A DNA stretch of 41,181 nucleotides from a virus, in the IMG/VR virus record IMGVR_UViG_3300020202_000046, positions 1 through 41,181 of that record; one strand, written 5' to 3'. The first letter of the stretch is position 1; each line of letters starts with the position of its first letter. The notes below the pieces were generated by a model, which was not told where the DNA came from, did not search any database, and saw only the letters and a list, made by a program, of their open reading frames with translations. Positions 1 to 6,533 of this stretch are shown here, in pieces. A program made the translations under genes and the position numbers.

Positions 1-127
1 TTGCAATCGCCTTGTTCAATAATTCGCGGAATGCTTTTGTCACGTTCTCCGGTACGCGGTTCCACTCGTCTTTGCAAAGCTCTATCGCTGCGTCGACTTC
101 TTCGTCCGTTACGTGCCAGTTCGCAAA
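1..127. repeat. terminal direct repeat copy 1 (assembly overlap of a circular or circularly permuted genome)
   Basis: Read directly: bases 1-127 (ttgcaatcgcc...cagttcgcaaa) are identical to 41055-41181. Confidence 0.97.
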
Positions 128-343
128 CGTCCTGCCCCATTCGGCGCTTAAGCCGAGAAGCCCCTCGTTCGTGAGCCGCCACAGCGGGAACGCGGCCATC
201 AAGCGATTCAGCGCATGGTCAACCCACGCTTTTCTTTTTGGCTTGTCGTGCCTCGTGGTCTGCTCGTATTTTTGCGATATCTCTGGGTCCGCCATAGGCA
301 ACAGCGTTGCCAGTGATGTCGGTTGATTTTTGTACAATTGCAT
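1..343 (-). CDS. 5' part of a 195-aa replication-module protein (possible lambda-P-like helicase loader); continues at 41054->40810 in the circle
   Basis: Manual translation of the minus strand from ATG 343-341 stays open to base 1: MQLYKNQPTSLATLLPMADPEISQKYEQTTRHDKPKRKAWVDHALNRLMAAFPLWRLTNEG.... It is in frame (300 nt) with track ORF 40810..41097, whose listed start is an internal GTG. Alternative start is ATG 295. The L.A.FP...W..F...T.EEV pattern loosely recalls lambda P, and the gene directly follows the initiator gene. Confidence 0.5.
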   Translation of the reverse strand, partial: MQLYKNQPTSLATLLPMADPEISQKYEQTTRHDKPKRKAWVDHALNRLMAAFPLWRLTNEGLLGLSAEWGRTFANWHVTDEEVDAAIELCKDEWNRVPENVTKAFRELLNKAIA

Positions 344-1214
344 TTTTCCATACCTCGTTTTTCAAGTATTTTTCGGGATTCGGGATGTAGCGCATTTCTT
401 CCCAGCGCGCGCATTGCTCCTGGCGTTTTGGAATGTCGGCAAAAATTTCTTCAGCGCAGTCATCGCATTTTTTCTGCACCCAGAGGGTTTGCGCCTCTAG
501 CCAGTTGCCAGGCACGGGGTACAGCGCTCTGAACTTGGCAAAGTTATCCTCGGATGCTTCCGTTACGCTGGTGGGAAAATTTTGATAAAAATTACTCGCG
601 CGCGAAGAGAGAGTGTGAGTATCACTGATGTTTGGTTTATTACTAGGATTATTAGGATCACTAATGTCTAGTAATGTAGTAGAAGATGAAGAAGAAGATG
701 TAGGGGATGGAGAAATGGTATCCTTATCCTGGGTAGGCAAGGTATCCTTCTCTGGTGTAGAGATGGTATCCTTATCTTGTTCCTTTTTCCTTGGTACGCT
801 CATATTTTCCAAGGACTTAGCGCCATGAGCAGCGCGCTTATTTCTGATGTATTCATCCCTCATCATGCGTGAAGAAAAAAATAAAGGATTTTCTTCATTT
901 TTTAGTAAAAAAATCGTTAAATTTTCTGAATTTTTTTGAGAAATTGAAATAGAAAAGGATACCTTTTCTCCTTTCTTTTCTGAGCCTTTAAGCACTCCTT
1001 TTTCAACCAGTTCTTTCAATAATCGAACAGGTGCGCCAATCGCTTTTGCAATTTCTTTTAGTGGCCAACGCAATATTCCGTATTCGTCTGAATCATGCAT
1101 TAGTCCCATGACTTCTATCCATGCGCCCCTTGCCTCCCAGGAGCAGCGGCGCAGGTTAGCGTTATTGCGATAATCGGCGGGATAAAATTGCATGGCAGGC
1201 CGCTTTAACGACAT
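219..1214 (-). CDS. DUF1376 (YdaU-like) replication initiator-type protein with Ser/Thr-rich linker
   Basis: The N-terminus MQFYPADYRNNANLRRCSWEARGAWIEVMGLMH fits the DUF1376 pattern. It sits after cro and early genes, as ydaU does in Rac. It carries iteron-like repeats internally. Confidence 0.7.
   Translation of the reverse strand: MSLKRPAMQFYPADYRNNANLRRCSWEARGAWIEVMGLMHDSDEYGILRWPLKEIAKAIGAPVRLLKELVEKGVLKGSEKKGEKVSFSISISQKNSENLTIFLLKNEENPLFFSSRMMRDEYIRNKRAAHGAKSLENMSVPRKKEQDKDTISTPEKDTLPTQDKDTISPSPTSSSSSSTTLLDISDPNNPSNKPNISDTHTLSSRASNFYQNFPTSVTEASEDNFAKFRALYPVPGNWLEAQTLWVQKKCDDCAEEIFADIPKRQEQCARWEEMRYIPNPEKYLKNEVWKNAIVQKSTDITGNAVAYGGPRDIAKIRADHEARQAKKKSVG
715..963. repeat. candidate origin of replication: four GGTATCCTTNTC 12-mers flanking an AT-rich stretch, inside the initiator gene
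   Basis: GGTATCCTTATC at 717-728, GGTATCCTTCTC at 741-752 and GGTATCCTTATC at 765-776 have an exact 24-bp period. An inverted copy GGTATCCTTTTC lies on the minus strand at 963-952. The interval around 840-950 is visibly AT-rich. Confidence 0.5.
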
Positions 1215-1411
1215 GTAATCAGCCTCCCCTGGTACGATATGGCTATCCCTCGCTGTTGCAAATCAGCAGGCACCAGCGTATAGAGTTTGTCGTAATCTTT
1301 TTGACTGAGCGCTAGCGTTTTCGTGCTCGGTGAATTTTTAAAGAAGCGGTCAATTTTATTGAGCAGTACCCGCTGACTTATGCTCGCTGTTTTTTGGCTG
1401 ATTTCAAACAT
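1205..1411 (-). CDS. hypothetical early protein (68 aa)
   Basis: Track ORF. Tightly packed and overlapping with its neighbours in the leftward early operon. Confidence 0.55.
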   Translation of the reverse strand: MFEISQKTASISQRVLLNKIDRFFKNSPSTKTLALSQKDYDKLYTLVPADLQQRGIAISYQGRLITCR

Positions 1412-1854
1412 CAGCTTTCCCCTGGCTTTGCGTCTTTGGAGTCAATTTTTCTGTTGATGCTGCGCTCCAATCGCTCTGCGATTTTTTCTAAGCCGCGCTT
1501 TGCTTCAATAAATTGCTGCATCAATAAAGAGTCTTTATCTTCAGGTTCCTTCAATTTTGGCTGTTCGTGCTCTAGTTCATCGGCCATGTAATACAGGGCA
1601 TCAAAACGCCCGCAAAATCGGCACATGGTAATGATTTGTCCAAACGTTAATCGCTCATCCTTATCTGGATTAAGGCAGGCCTTTAAGCGCCCATAAGCGC
1701 TTTCCATTTTCAGATGAGGGAACAAGTAAACGGCTACTTCTTTATAGCTTTTGCTGCTGTCTTCAATCACGCTACGCAGCGCCTGAAATTCATCTTCGTA
1801 ATGCATGTTTCTTTCCTTACCCCTAAATACCCCTAATTTTTTTTCGTGACTCAT
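1411..1854 (-). CDS. hypothetical early protein in the cII/ydaT position (147 aa)
   Basis: Track ORF immediately downstream of the cro-like gene. No motif recognised with confidence. Confidence 0.6.
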   Translation of the reverse strand: MSHEKKLGVFRGKERNMHYEDEFQALRSVIEDSSKSYKEVAVYLFPHLKMESAYGRLKACLNPDKDERLTFGQIITMCRFCGRFDALYYMADELEHEQPKLKEPEDKDSLLMQQFIEAKRGLEKIAERLERSINRKIDSKDAKPGES

Positions 1855-2024
1855 CCTATAACTTCTTGTAATATATAAGCTTACAAGGATGTAAGCTTTT
1901 GCTTACAACAAATAAATAAATATGGTGGCCAGGTCATCGCTAAATTTAACCTGGAGAGTTAATAAGCCCTGGCCATAAACACTTAGGCCGCCAATGCGGA
2001 CATATAAATTTTTAGAAGCTATGA

Positions 2025-2255
2025 CTAAGCGCGTTCTTGTGAAAAAAACCTGGGATTCAATTTGTGCCTTGGGATGCCCGTTTCTCTTTCAACATCAAAA
2101 ACTCGCGCAAGAGGAACAACACCTTTTTGAACCCATTTGCTTATGGTTTGCTGTCTAATGCCAAAACGTTCACCAAAGGCTTTTTGGTTGCCCCCAAAAA
2201 GCGCAATAGCTTCTTCTATTGGGCTTATTTCGTTTTTTTCGCTCTTTTTTGTCAT
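2025..2255 (-). CDS. cro: Cro-like / YdaS-family HTH repressor (76 aa)
   Basis: IEEAIALFGGNQKAFGERFGIRQQTISKWVQKGVVPLARVFDVERETGIPRHKLNPRFF matches the YdaS/Cro pattern. Start chosen at ATG 2255-2253 (MTKKSEKNE), because the longer track ORF runs through the operator region and into cI. Confidence 0.8.
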   Translation of the reverse strand: MTKKSEKNEISPIEEAIALFGGNQKAFGERFGIRQQTISKWVQKGVVPLARVFDVERETGIPRHKLNPRFFSQERA

Positions 2256-2261
2256 GCATGA

Positions 2262-2290
2262 AAAATACAACCAATAAGTGTTATTGTCAA
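2262..2290 (-). promoter_or_regulatory. PR-like sigma70 promoter for the leftward operon
   Basis: Minus strand reads TTGACA (2290-2285), a 17-nt spacer, then TATTTT (2267-2262). The promoter is embedded in a 33-bp block that is about 30/33 identical to 4641-4673. Confidence 0.7.
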
Positions 2291-2305
2291 CACTTTTTGA
2301 GTGTT
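2277..2305. promoter_or_regulatory. operator region: three hexamer half-sites AGTGTT-N6-AACACT-N5-AGTGTT
   Basis: Read directly at 2277-2282, 2289-2294 and 2300-2305. These form two overlapping palindromes that cover the -35 of the PR-like promoter. Confidence 0.6.
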
Positions 2306-2373
2306 TGATGTTTACAACCTCTAGTTGTAGGATTTTACCCATGACACTATCAGGCCATAATCTTTTAAGCGCC

Positions 2374-3003
2374 ATGAAGGAAAGAAAGTTATCCAAGGAG
2401 CAGGTCGGCAGGATTTTGCTGGCCATGAAAGAAAAGAAAATGTCTCAGGCCGGACTGGCGGTGCTAATCGGTGTACGTCAGCAAACTATACAAAAAATAT
2501 TGGCTGGAAAGATAGGTTATTCTAACCAGATCATGGCTATTGCCCATGCACTGGACCGATCTATTGATTGGATTATGGGCGGCGCAGAAAAATTGCCAGC
2601 AGCTACCTTGGTGACTATCCTTTCTTGGATGGATATTGTAGAGTATGCAGCTTGCACGGAGCTAGATAGGGACAAGCTAGAAAAAAATAAGGAGAAAGTC
2701 CCTGTGTATAAAAAAGGATTTGAAAAATGCAAAGCGCTAAAAATTAATAACAGCTTAATGGAGCCTAAATTTAAGCCAGGCGACATTATCTTTGTTGATT
2801 TAGATAAAACGCCTAAAGATGGAAGTTTTGTAATCGCCTATAAGAAAGGTTCTTCTGAAGCCATGCTAAAGAAAATTGATTTTGATGGTGGGGATGCATA
2901 CCTCAGCTCTTTAGACAAAGATATTCCAAAAATAAAAGTTACTGATGATATTAATATTTTTGGTGTTGTTGTTTATAAGCAGCCGCCAGGCGAAGATATT
3001 TAA
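2374..3003 (+). CDS. cI: CI-like repressor: N-terminal XRE-type HTH + C-terminal S24 (LexA-like) autopeptidase
   Basis: MKERKLSKEQVGRILLAMKEKKMSQAGLAVLIGVRQQTIQKI parallels the lambda CI N-terminus. The C-terminus has NNSLMEPKFKPGDIIFVD (Ser nucleophile motif) and MLKKI (Lys). Start could also be ATG 2341. Confidence 0.85.
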   Translation: MKERKLSKEQVGRILLAMKEKKMSQAGLAVLIGVRQQTIQKILAGKIGYSNQIMAIAHALDRSIDWIMGGAEKLPAATLVTILSWMDIVEYAACTELDRDKLEKNKEKVPVYKKGFEKCKALKINNSLMEPKFKPGDIIFVDLDKTPKDGSFVIAYKKGSSEAMLKKIDFDGGDAYLSSLDKDIPKIKVTDDINIFGVVVYKQPPGEDI

Positions 3004-3034
3004 TTTTAAATAGAGGCTTAACACAGGGGAAATC

Positions 3035-3469
3035 ATGAAAAAGATTATTTTTTCGTTTCTAGCTTTAATGGTTATTGCAGGATGTGCAACCCATCGATAT
3101 GCGTATACTGAAACGCCATTAGGCGATAATTCCTATAAGATAATCTCCCGCGGCAATCCTTTTACCGCTCCGCCTAAAGTCCAAAACAAGTTCTTTAGGC
3201 GTTGCGCTGAGCTTACGCTTGATGGCGGTTATAAATATTTTACTCTTACTCCCGTGAACGAAGTGGTGGCCGCGAAGGAAAATGAGCCATCACAAGGTTT
3301 TGATTTTAGAGGGCCACCTTTACCGCAACGTACTTACATTCTAAAGATGTTTAATAGCAAGCAAAAAGGCGCGCATATGTATGATGCCAGGACTATTTAT
3401 AATAGTCTTGCCAGCAGGCGCATGATTAGACGAATGGAAGAAAGAACTTACGCCAGAAAATATTATTAA
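3035..3469 (+). CDS. lipoprotein (144 aa), cargo downstream of cI
   Basis: Signal peptide plus lipobox: MKKIIFSFLALMVIAGC. RGNPFTAPPKVQNKFFRRCAELTLDGGYKYFTL resembles the CC0125/CC1285-type lipoprotein pattern (recalled from memory). Confidence 0.75.
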   Translation: MKKIIFSFLALMVIAGCATHRYAYTETPLGDNSYKIISRGNPFTAPPKVQNKFFRRCAELTLDGGYKYFTLTPVNEVVAAKENEPSQGFDFRGPPLPQRTYILKMFNSKQKGAHMYDARTIYNSLASRRMIRRMEERTYARKYY

Positions 3470-3485
3470 CTTTTGGGAGTCAAGC

Positions 3486-4217
3486 ATGTCTCAACTAACT
3501 TATTTTAGCCATGCGAGTAATTTTACCGGATACATGGAGAAAATATTAAAAATGATCGCCAAAGATGGCTCAGGGTCTAATAAAACTGCTTTGGATTTTC
3601 CAGCTGGCAATGGTTTAATGTGTGATGGGCTAAAAAAGCAAGGATTTGCTGTTACTGGCGCCGACATCAATGGCGCGAGGAAAGATTTTGTAAAAGCGAA
3701 TTTAGAAGAGAAACTTCCTTTTTTTGATAACGAATTTAATTATACGTTGTGCTTAGAAGGCCTTGAGCATCTTTTAGCGCCAGCTCAGACCATAAAAGAG
3801 CTAGTGCGCGTTACAAAGGAAGACGGCTATATTATTATCAGCACTCCTAATATACAAAACGCTTTCAGTAGGTTTATTTTTTTATTTACTGGTGAATTTT
3901 ACCAATTTAATCCACGCTACTTTTTTAATATAAACCGAAAAGAATTATGCGACAGAGGCCATATTAGCCCTTTAAGCTATTACCAACTCGTTTATTTATT
4001 TAAACTTTATCATTGTAAACTAGTTGATGTTGAGGGTGACAGATATAAGCGTAAGGCTTTGGCTCCTTTTTACTTGGCTGTTGCGGCCATTAATTATTTG
4101 TGGTTTTTATTCAGCGGAAAGAGAAGGTTAGAAATCTATAAATTTTCTTTTTCTACGAAACTGCTATTAAGTCGTTCTATAATTTTAAAATTCAAGAAAA
4201 ACCAACCAGGGCTTTAA
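3486..4217 (+). CDS. class I SAM-dependent methyltransferase (no DNA-MTase motifs), cargo
   Basis: LDFPAGNG (motif I), GADIN, CLEGLEHL and GYIIISTPN are present. There is no DPPY/NPPY or PC motif. Confidence 0.7.
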   Translation: MSQLTYFSHASNFTGYMEKILKMIAKDGSGSNKTALDFPAGNGLMCDGLKKQGFAVTGADINGARKDFVKANLEEKLPFFDNEFNYTLCLEGLEHLLAPAQTIKELVRVTKEDGYIIISTPNIQNAFSRFIFLFTGEFYQFNPRYFFNINRKELCDRGHISPLSYYQLVYLFKLYHCKLVDVEGDRYKRKALAPFYLAVAAINYLWFLFSGKRRLEIYKFSFSTKLLLSRSIILKFKKNQPGL

Positions 4218-4263
4218 AGCTAGGGCTTAGTGACCCAAACCCGCTCTTGGCTGGCTTGTACTA

Positions 4264-4494
4264 TTATAAGTCATTAATCTCTGGAAATAAATCTCCCATC
4301 TGGACGTCGAGAACCTTGGCTATTTTTATCATGTTTCGGATGGATGCGTTTTGTTCACCGCGCTCAATGCGCCCCATATAAGTACGTCCCATCCCGGCCC
4401 TAGCGGCTAACTCTTCTTGAGACAGCCCCTTTAGCTTCCTTATTTCTATTATTCTCTCACCTATTTTTACAAGGTTTTGTTGCTTTTTATCCAT
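4264..4494 (-). CDS. XRE-family HTH protein (76 aa), divergent from the PL-like promoter
   Basis: IGERIIEIRKLKGLSQEELAARAGMGRTYMGRIERGEQNASIRNMIKIAKVL is a typical XRE HTH. ATG 4494 is preferred over the TTG start at 4536 used by the track. Confidence 0.75.
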   Translation of the reverse strand: MDKKQQNLVKIGERIIEIRKLKGLSQEELAARAGMGRTYMGRIERGEQNASIRNMIKIAKVLDVQMGDLFPEINDL

Positions 4495-4640
4495 CCGTGG
4501 AATAAGCCAAAATACACCCGATAATGCCACACCCAATAAGTGCCATTCTTTGACACATAGACAAGCATATAGTAGCCTATCAGGGGCTAAATTTCCCTTG
4601 TATTAAAAGTCTAAAAAAATATCCTTCATAAAATACAACT

Positions 4641-4677
4641 AAAAAGTGTTGACAATAACAACTTTTGGTTGTAATCT
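4641..4677 (+). promoter_or_regulatory. PL-like sigma70 promoter with operator, near-duplicate of the PR region
   Basis: TTGACA (4649-4654), a 17-nt spacer, then TAATCT (4672-4677). AAAAAGTGTTGACAATAACAACTTTTGGTTGTA aligns with the reverse complement of 2266-2298 with 3 mismatches. Confidence 0.7.
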
Positions 4678-4836
4678 GCGTTTGTTCTCTTCTGCTGGTG
4701 AATCTATCTGGAACCCTAGATAGCTTCGTGCAACCCAGCGGGAGAGGACACCCTAAAGCCAAGTAACACCATTCTTGGCGGCGGGGCTAATGCCCAAGCT
4801 GCTGCTTGTTTATAGCCTTCGTCCATAAGTGATATA

Positions 4837-4954
4837 GGCGGCAGTGGCAAGGGCACCAATGCGGTAAGCGTGCTGACACGCGGTCAGCGAATAAGGGGGT
4901 TCTTTGTTACCCCTTGATTCCACAACGCCGGCAACCAGTCCGGCTACCGCTCCA
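4837..4954 (+). ncRNA. tRNA-derived structured element C (118 nt) at the 3' end of the PL leader
   Basis: GGCGGCAG...CTACCGC-T-CCA closing helix (7 bp with one C.A mismatch). Internal hairpins: GCGTG-CTGA-CACGC (4868-4881), AAGGGG-N11-CCCCTT, GCCGG-CAACCAGT-CCGGC. Its ends are homologous to elements A and B. No ORF covers it. Confidence 0.55.
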
Positions 4955-4971
4955 CTAACTAGGGAGGATGT

Positions 4972-5310
4972 ATGAATAGCAAAGAATTAGTAGAAAAAGC
5001 ATTGAATGATGCAATACCACAAATAGTGGAAAACCTGAAAAAAGATATTCAATCCCATGTCACCTGGGAAATAAAAGAACAAATATCAAAAAATGTCATA
5101 GGGGCAGTTAACGAATGGTTTGAAAAAGAAGTTTTGCCGGAGATTAAAATTTTACTTACAACGGAAAAAGCGGGCGTGTTGGGTAGTGTTCCTGAATTGG
5201 CTAATGGAATTAATAAACTGCTAGCTGATTCTTTAATTGAAACAGCAAAGAAAAAACTAGAAAGCGAGTACAACAAGAGAGAAGTATTTAAAGCCCTTTT
5301 TGGATATTAA
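4972..5310 (+). CDS. hypothetical early protein (112 aa)
   Basis: Track ORF, first gene after the PL leader. SD is AGGGAGG, 5 nt upstream of the ATG. Confidence 0.75.
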   Translation: MNSKELVEKALNDAIPQIVENLKKDIQSHVTWEIKEQISKNVIGAVNEWFEKEVLPEIKILLTTEKAGVLGSVPELANGINKLLADSLIETAKKKLESEYNKREVFKALFGY

Positions 5311-5322
5311 TTAGGAGGATGT

Positions 5323-5502
5323 ATGGATTACAAAAAAATGTTTGAGGCAGTTGAAGCAAAGCTCGAAGCGGAATTAGCGATTTATAAAAAAATGCACAAT
5401 CAACTAAAAGCGGAAGAAAACTGGCCTTGGCTAAACTCTCATATTGACAGCAGAGAAGATTTTTTAAAATTTGCCAAAGAATTAAGGAGGATTTATGCGT
5501 AA
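5323..5502 (+). CDS. hypothetical small protein (59 aa, below the track cut-off)
   Basis: Manual translation: MDYKKMFEAVEAKLEAELAIYKKMHNQLKAEENWPWLNSHIDSREDFLKFAKELRRIYA. Its SD, TAGGAGGATGTATG, is nearly identical to that of 4972. Its stop overlaps the start of the next ORF (ATGCGTAA). Confidence 0.6.
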   Translation: MDYKKMFEAVEAKLEAELAIYKKMHNQLKAEENWPWLNSHIDSREDFLKFAKELRRIYA

Positions 5503-5938
5503 ACACAGATTAAACAGCCCAATCAGCGCAAAGAACGAGTTGGATTTGCACGTTGAGCAGCTATACAGCGAAGGACATCGCAGCTATGACGATTTAGACG
5601 AGCACGATATAGAAATACTGACCAGCATGATCATGCATCAGTGTAATCGCTCTGGGCGCTTTGAGTTTATAAGCGAAACTGACGTAGCGGATGAAGTGGC
5701 TAACCGCTTAGCGCATCTGCTGCTGGACCCACAGCCAGAAGAGGCAAAAGAGCTTATTGAAGTTATGAAGAGCGGCGCTAAGAAAATGGCCGAAAAGCGT
5801 ATTAACGAACTGCTTAATCTTGAAGCTACCTTTGAGAACTACCGGCACCCGATACATCAGCCGAGCGAAGAAGATTTGCTGCTAGCCGCGCATCAGCGGG
5901 AAGTGGCGCAAGAAATGAATGGGGGTTTATATGCGTGA
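5495..5938 (+). CDS. hypothetical early protein (147 aa)
   Basis: Track ORF, translationally coupled on both sides. Confidence 0.7.
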   Translation: MRKHRLNSPISAKNELDLHVEQLYSEGHRSYDDLDEHDIEILTSMIMHQCNRSGRFEFISETDVADEVANRLAHLLLDPQPEEAKELIEVMKSGAKKMAEKRINELLNLEATFENYRHPIHQPSEEDLLLAAHQREVAQEMNGGLYA

Positions 5939-6308
5939 GATTAAGTTTAGGTTTGTTTATAAAAGCAAAATTCCAAACGATAACGATATAAACCTTTGTT
6001 GTTTAACGCTCGATGAATTGATTGATGGAGTGCGCGGAGTAATGAGCGCACCTCGCAACCACGAAAAATGGAAGCTTGTCGCTAAAGACCAATACACCGG
6101 CCTCAAGGACAAGAACGGCAAAGATTGTTATCAAGGTGACTTAGTTCAGGATATTGATGGCCATATGTGGCGGGTATTTTGGAATAATGAATGCGCCTGC
6201 TTTGATCTTAGACTTTTAGGAGCGGATATCCCTAAGCTGAGATGTATTACGCCTACATATTTAGAGACTTGCGAAATCATCGGCATCCTCACGAAAACCC
6301 AGAATTAA
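5931..6308 (+). CDS. YopX-family protein
   Basis: MREIKFRFVY... and YTGLKDKNGKDCYQGDLV match the YopX pattern. Start is at ATG 5931 (ATGCGTGA overlap with the previous stop). Confidence 0.7.
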   Translation: MREIKFRFVYKSKIPNDNDINLCCLTLDELIDGVRGVMSAPRNHEKWKLVAKDQYTGLKDKNGKDCYQGDLVQDIDGHMWRVFWNNECACFDLRLLGADIPKLRCITPTYLETCEIIGILTKTQN

Positions 6309-6324
6309 TTAAGGAGAAATAACC

Positions 6325-6435
6325 ATGCTTAACAAAGACGCAGTAACAGCACAAGAGCGGTTAAAGAATCCGAGAAGATTTAGAGGGCTGAGCCGGTTTT
6401 TATACTGGCTAGCTACTAAGCCAGCGGGGGCCTAG
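6325..6435 (+). CDS. hypothetical small ORF (36 aa)
   Basis: AAGGAG lies 8 nt upstream of ATG 6325. It fills an otherwise non-coding gap. Confidence 0.35.
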   Translation: MLNKDAVTAQERLKNPRRFRGLSRFLYWLATKPAGA

Positions 6436-6437
6436 TC

Positions 6438-6533
6438 ATGGATGAACAAGACGACATGCAAGGCTGGGCGCATGAGCAAGAGTTAGAACATCAACGATAT
6501 TTAGAGGAGGAAGAGCAATGTTTATTGAGTTAA
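6438..6533 (+). CDS. hypothetical small acidic ORF (31 aa)
   Basis: ATG 6438. The ORF overlaps the start of the 6518 ORF. Manual translation: MDEQDDMQGWAHEQELEHQRYLEEEEQCLLS. Confidence 0.3.
   Translation: MDEQDDMQGWAHEQELEHQRYLEEEEQCLLS

Noticed and set aside
715-776. CRISPR-like array (regularly spaced 12-mers)
   Set aside because: There are only three copies at a 24-bp period, in frame inside a coding region, with no cas genes and no repeat/spacer size typical of CRISPR. They are interpreted as iterons or a peptide repeat.
12-828. Plus-strand ORFs 12..326, 323..532, 628..828 and minus ORF 208..414
   Set aside because: They are antisense or alternate-frame shadows of the P-like and DUF1376 genes. 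Their translations are low-complexity and they have no SDs.
2025-2426. 133-aa version of the cro-like ORF
   Set aside because: The N-terminal 57 codons run through the operator/promoter region and overlap the divergent cI start. The HTH domain begins after the internal ATG at 2255, which sits right after the -10.
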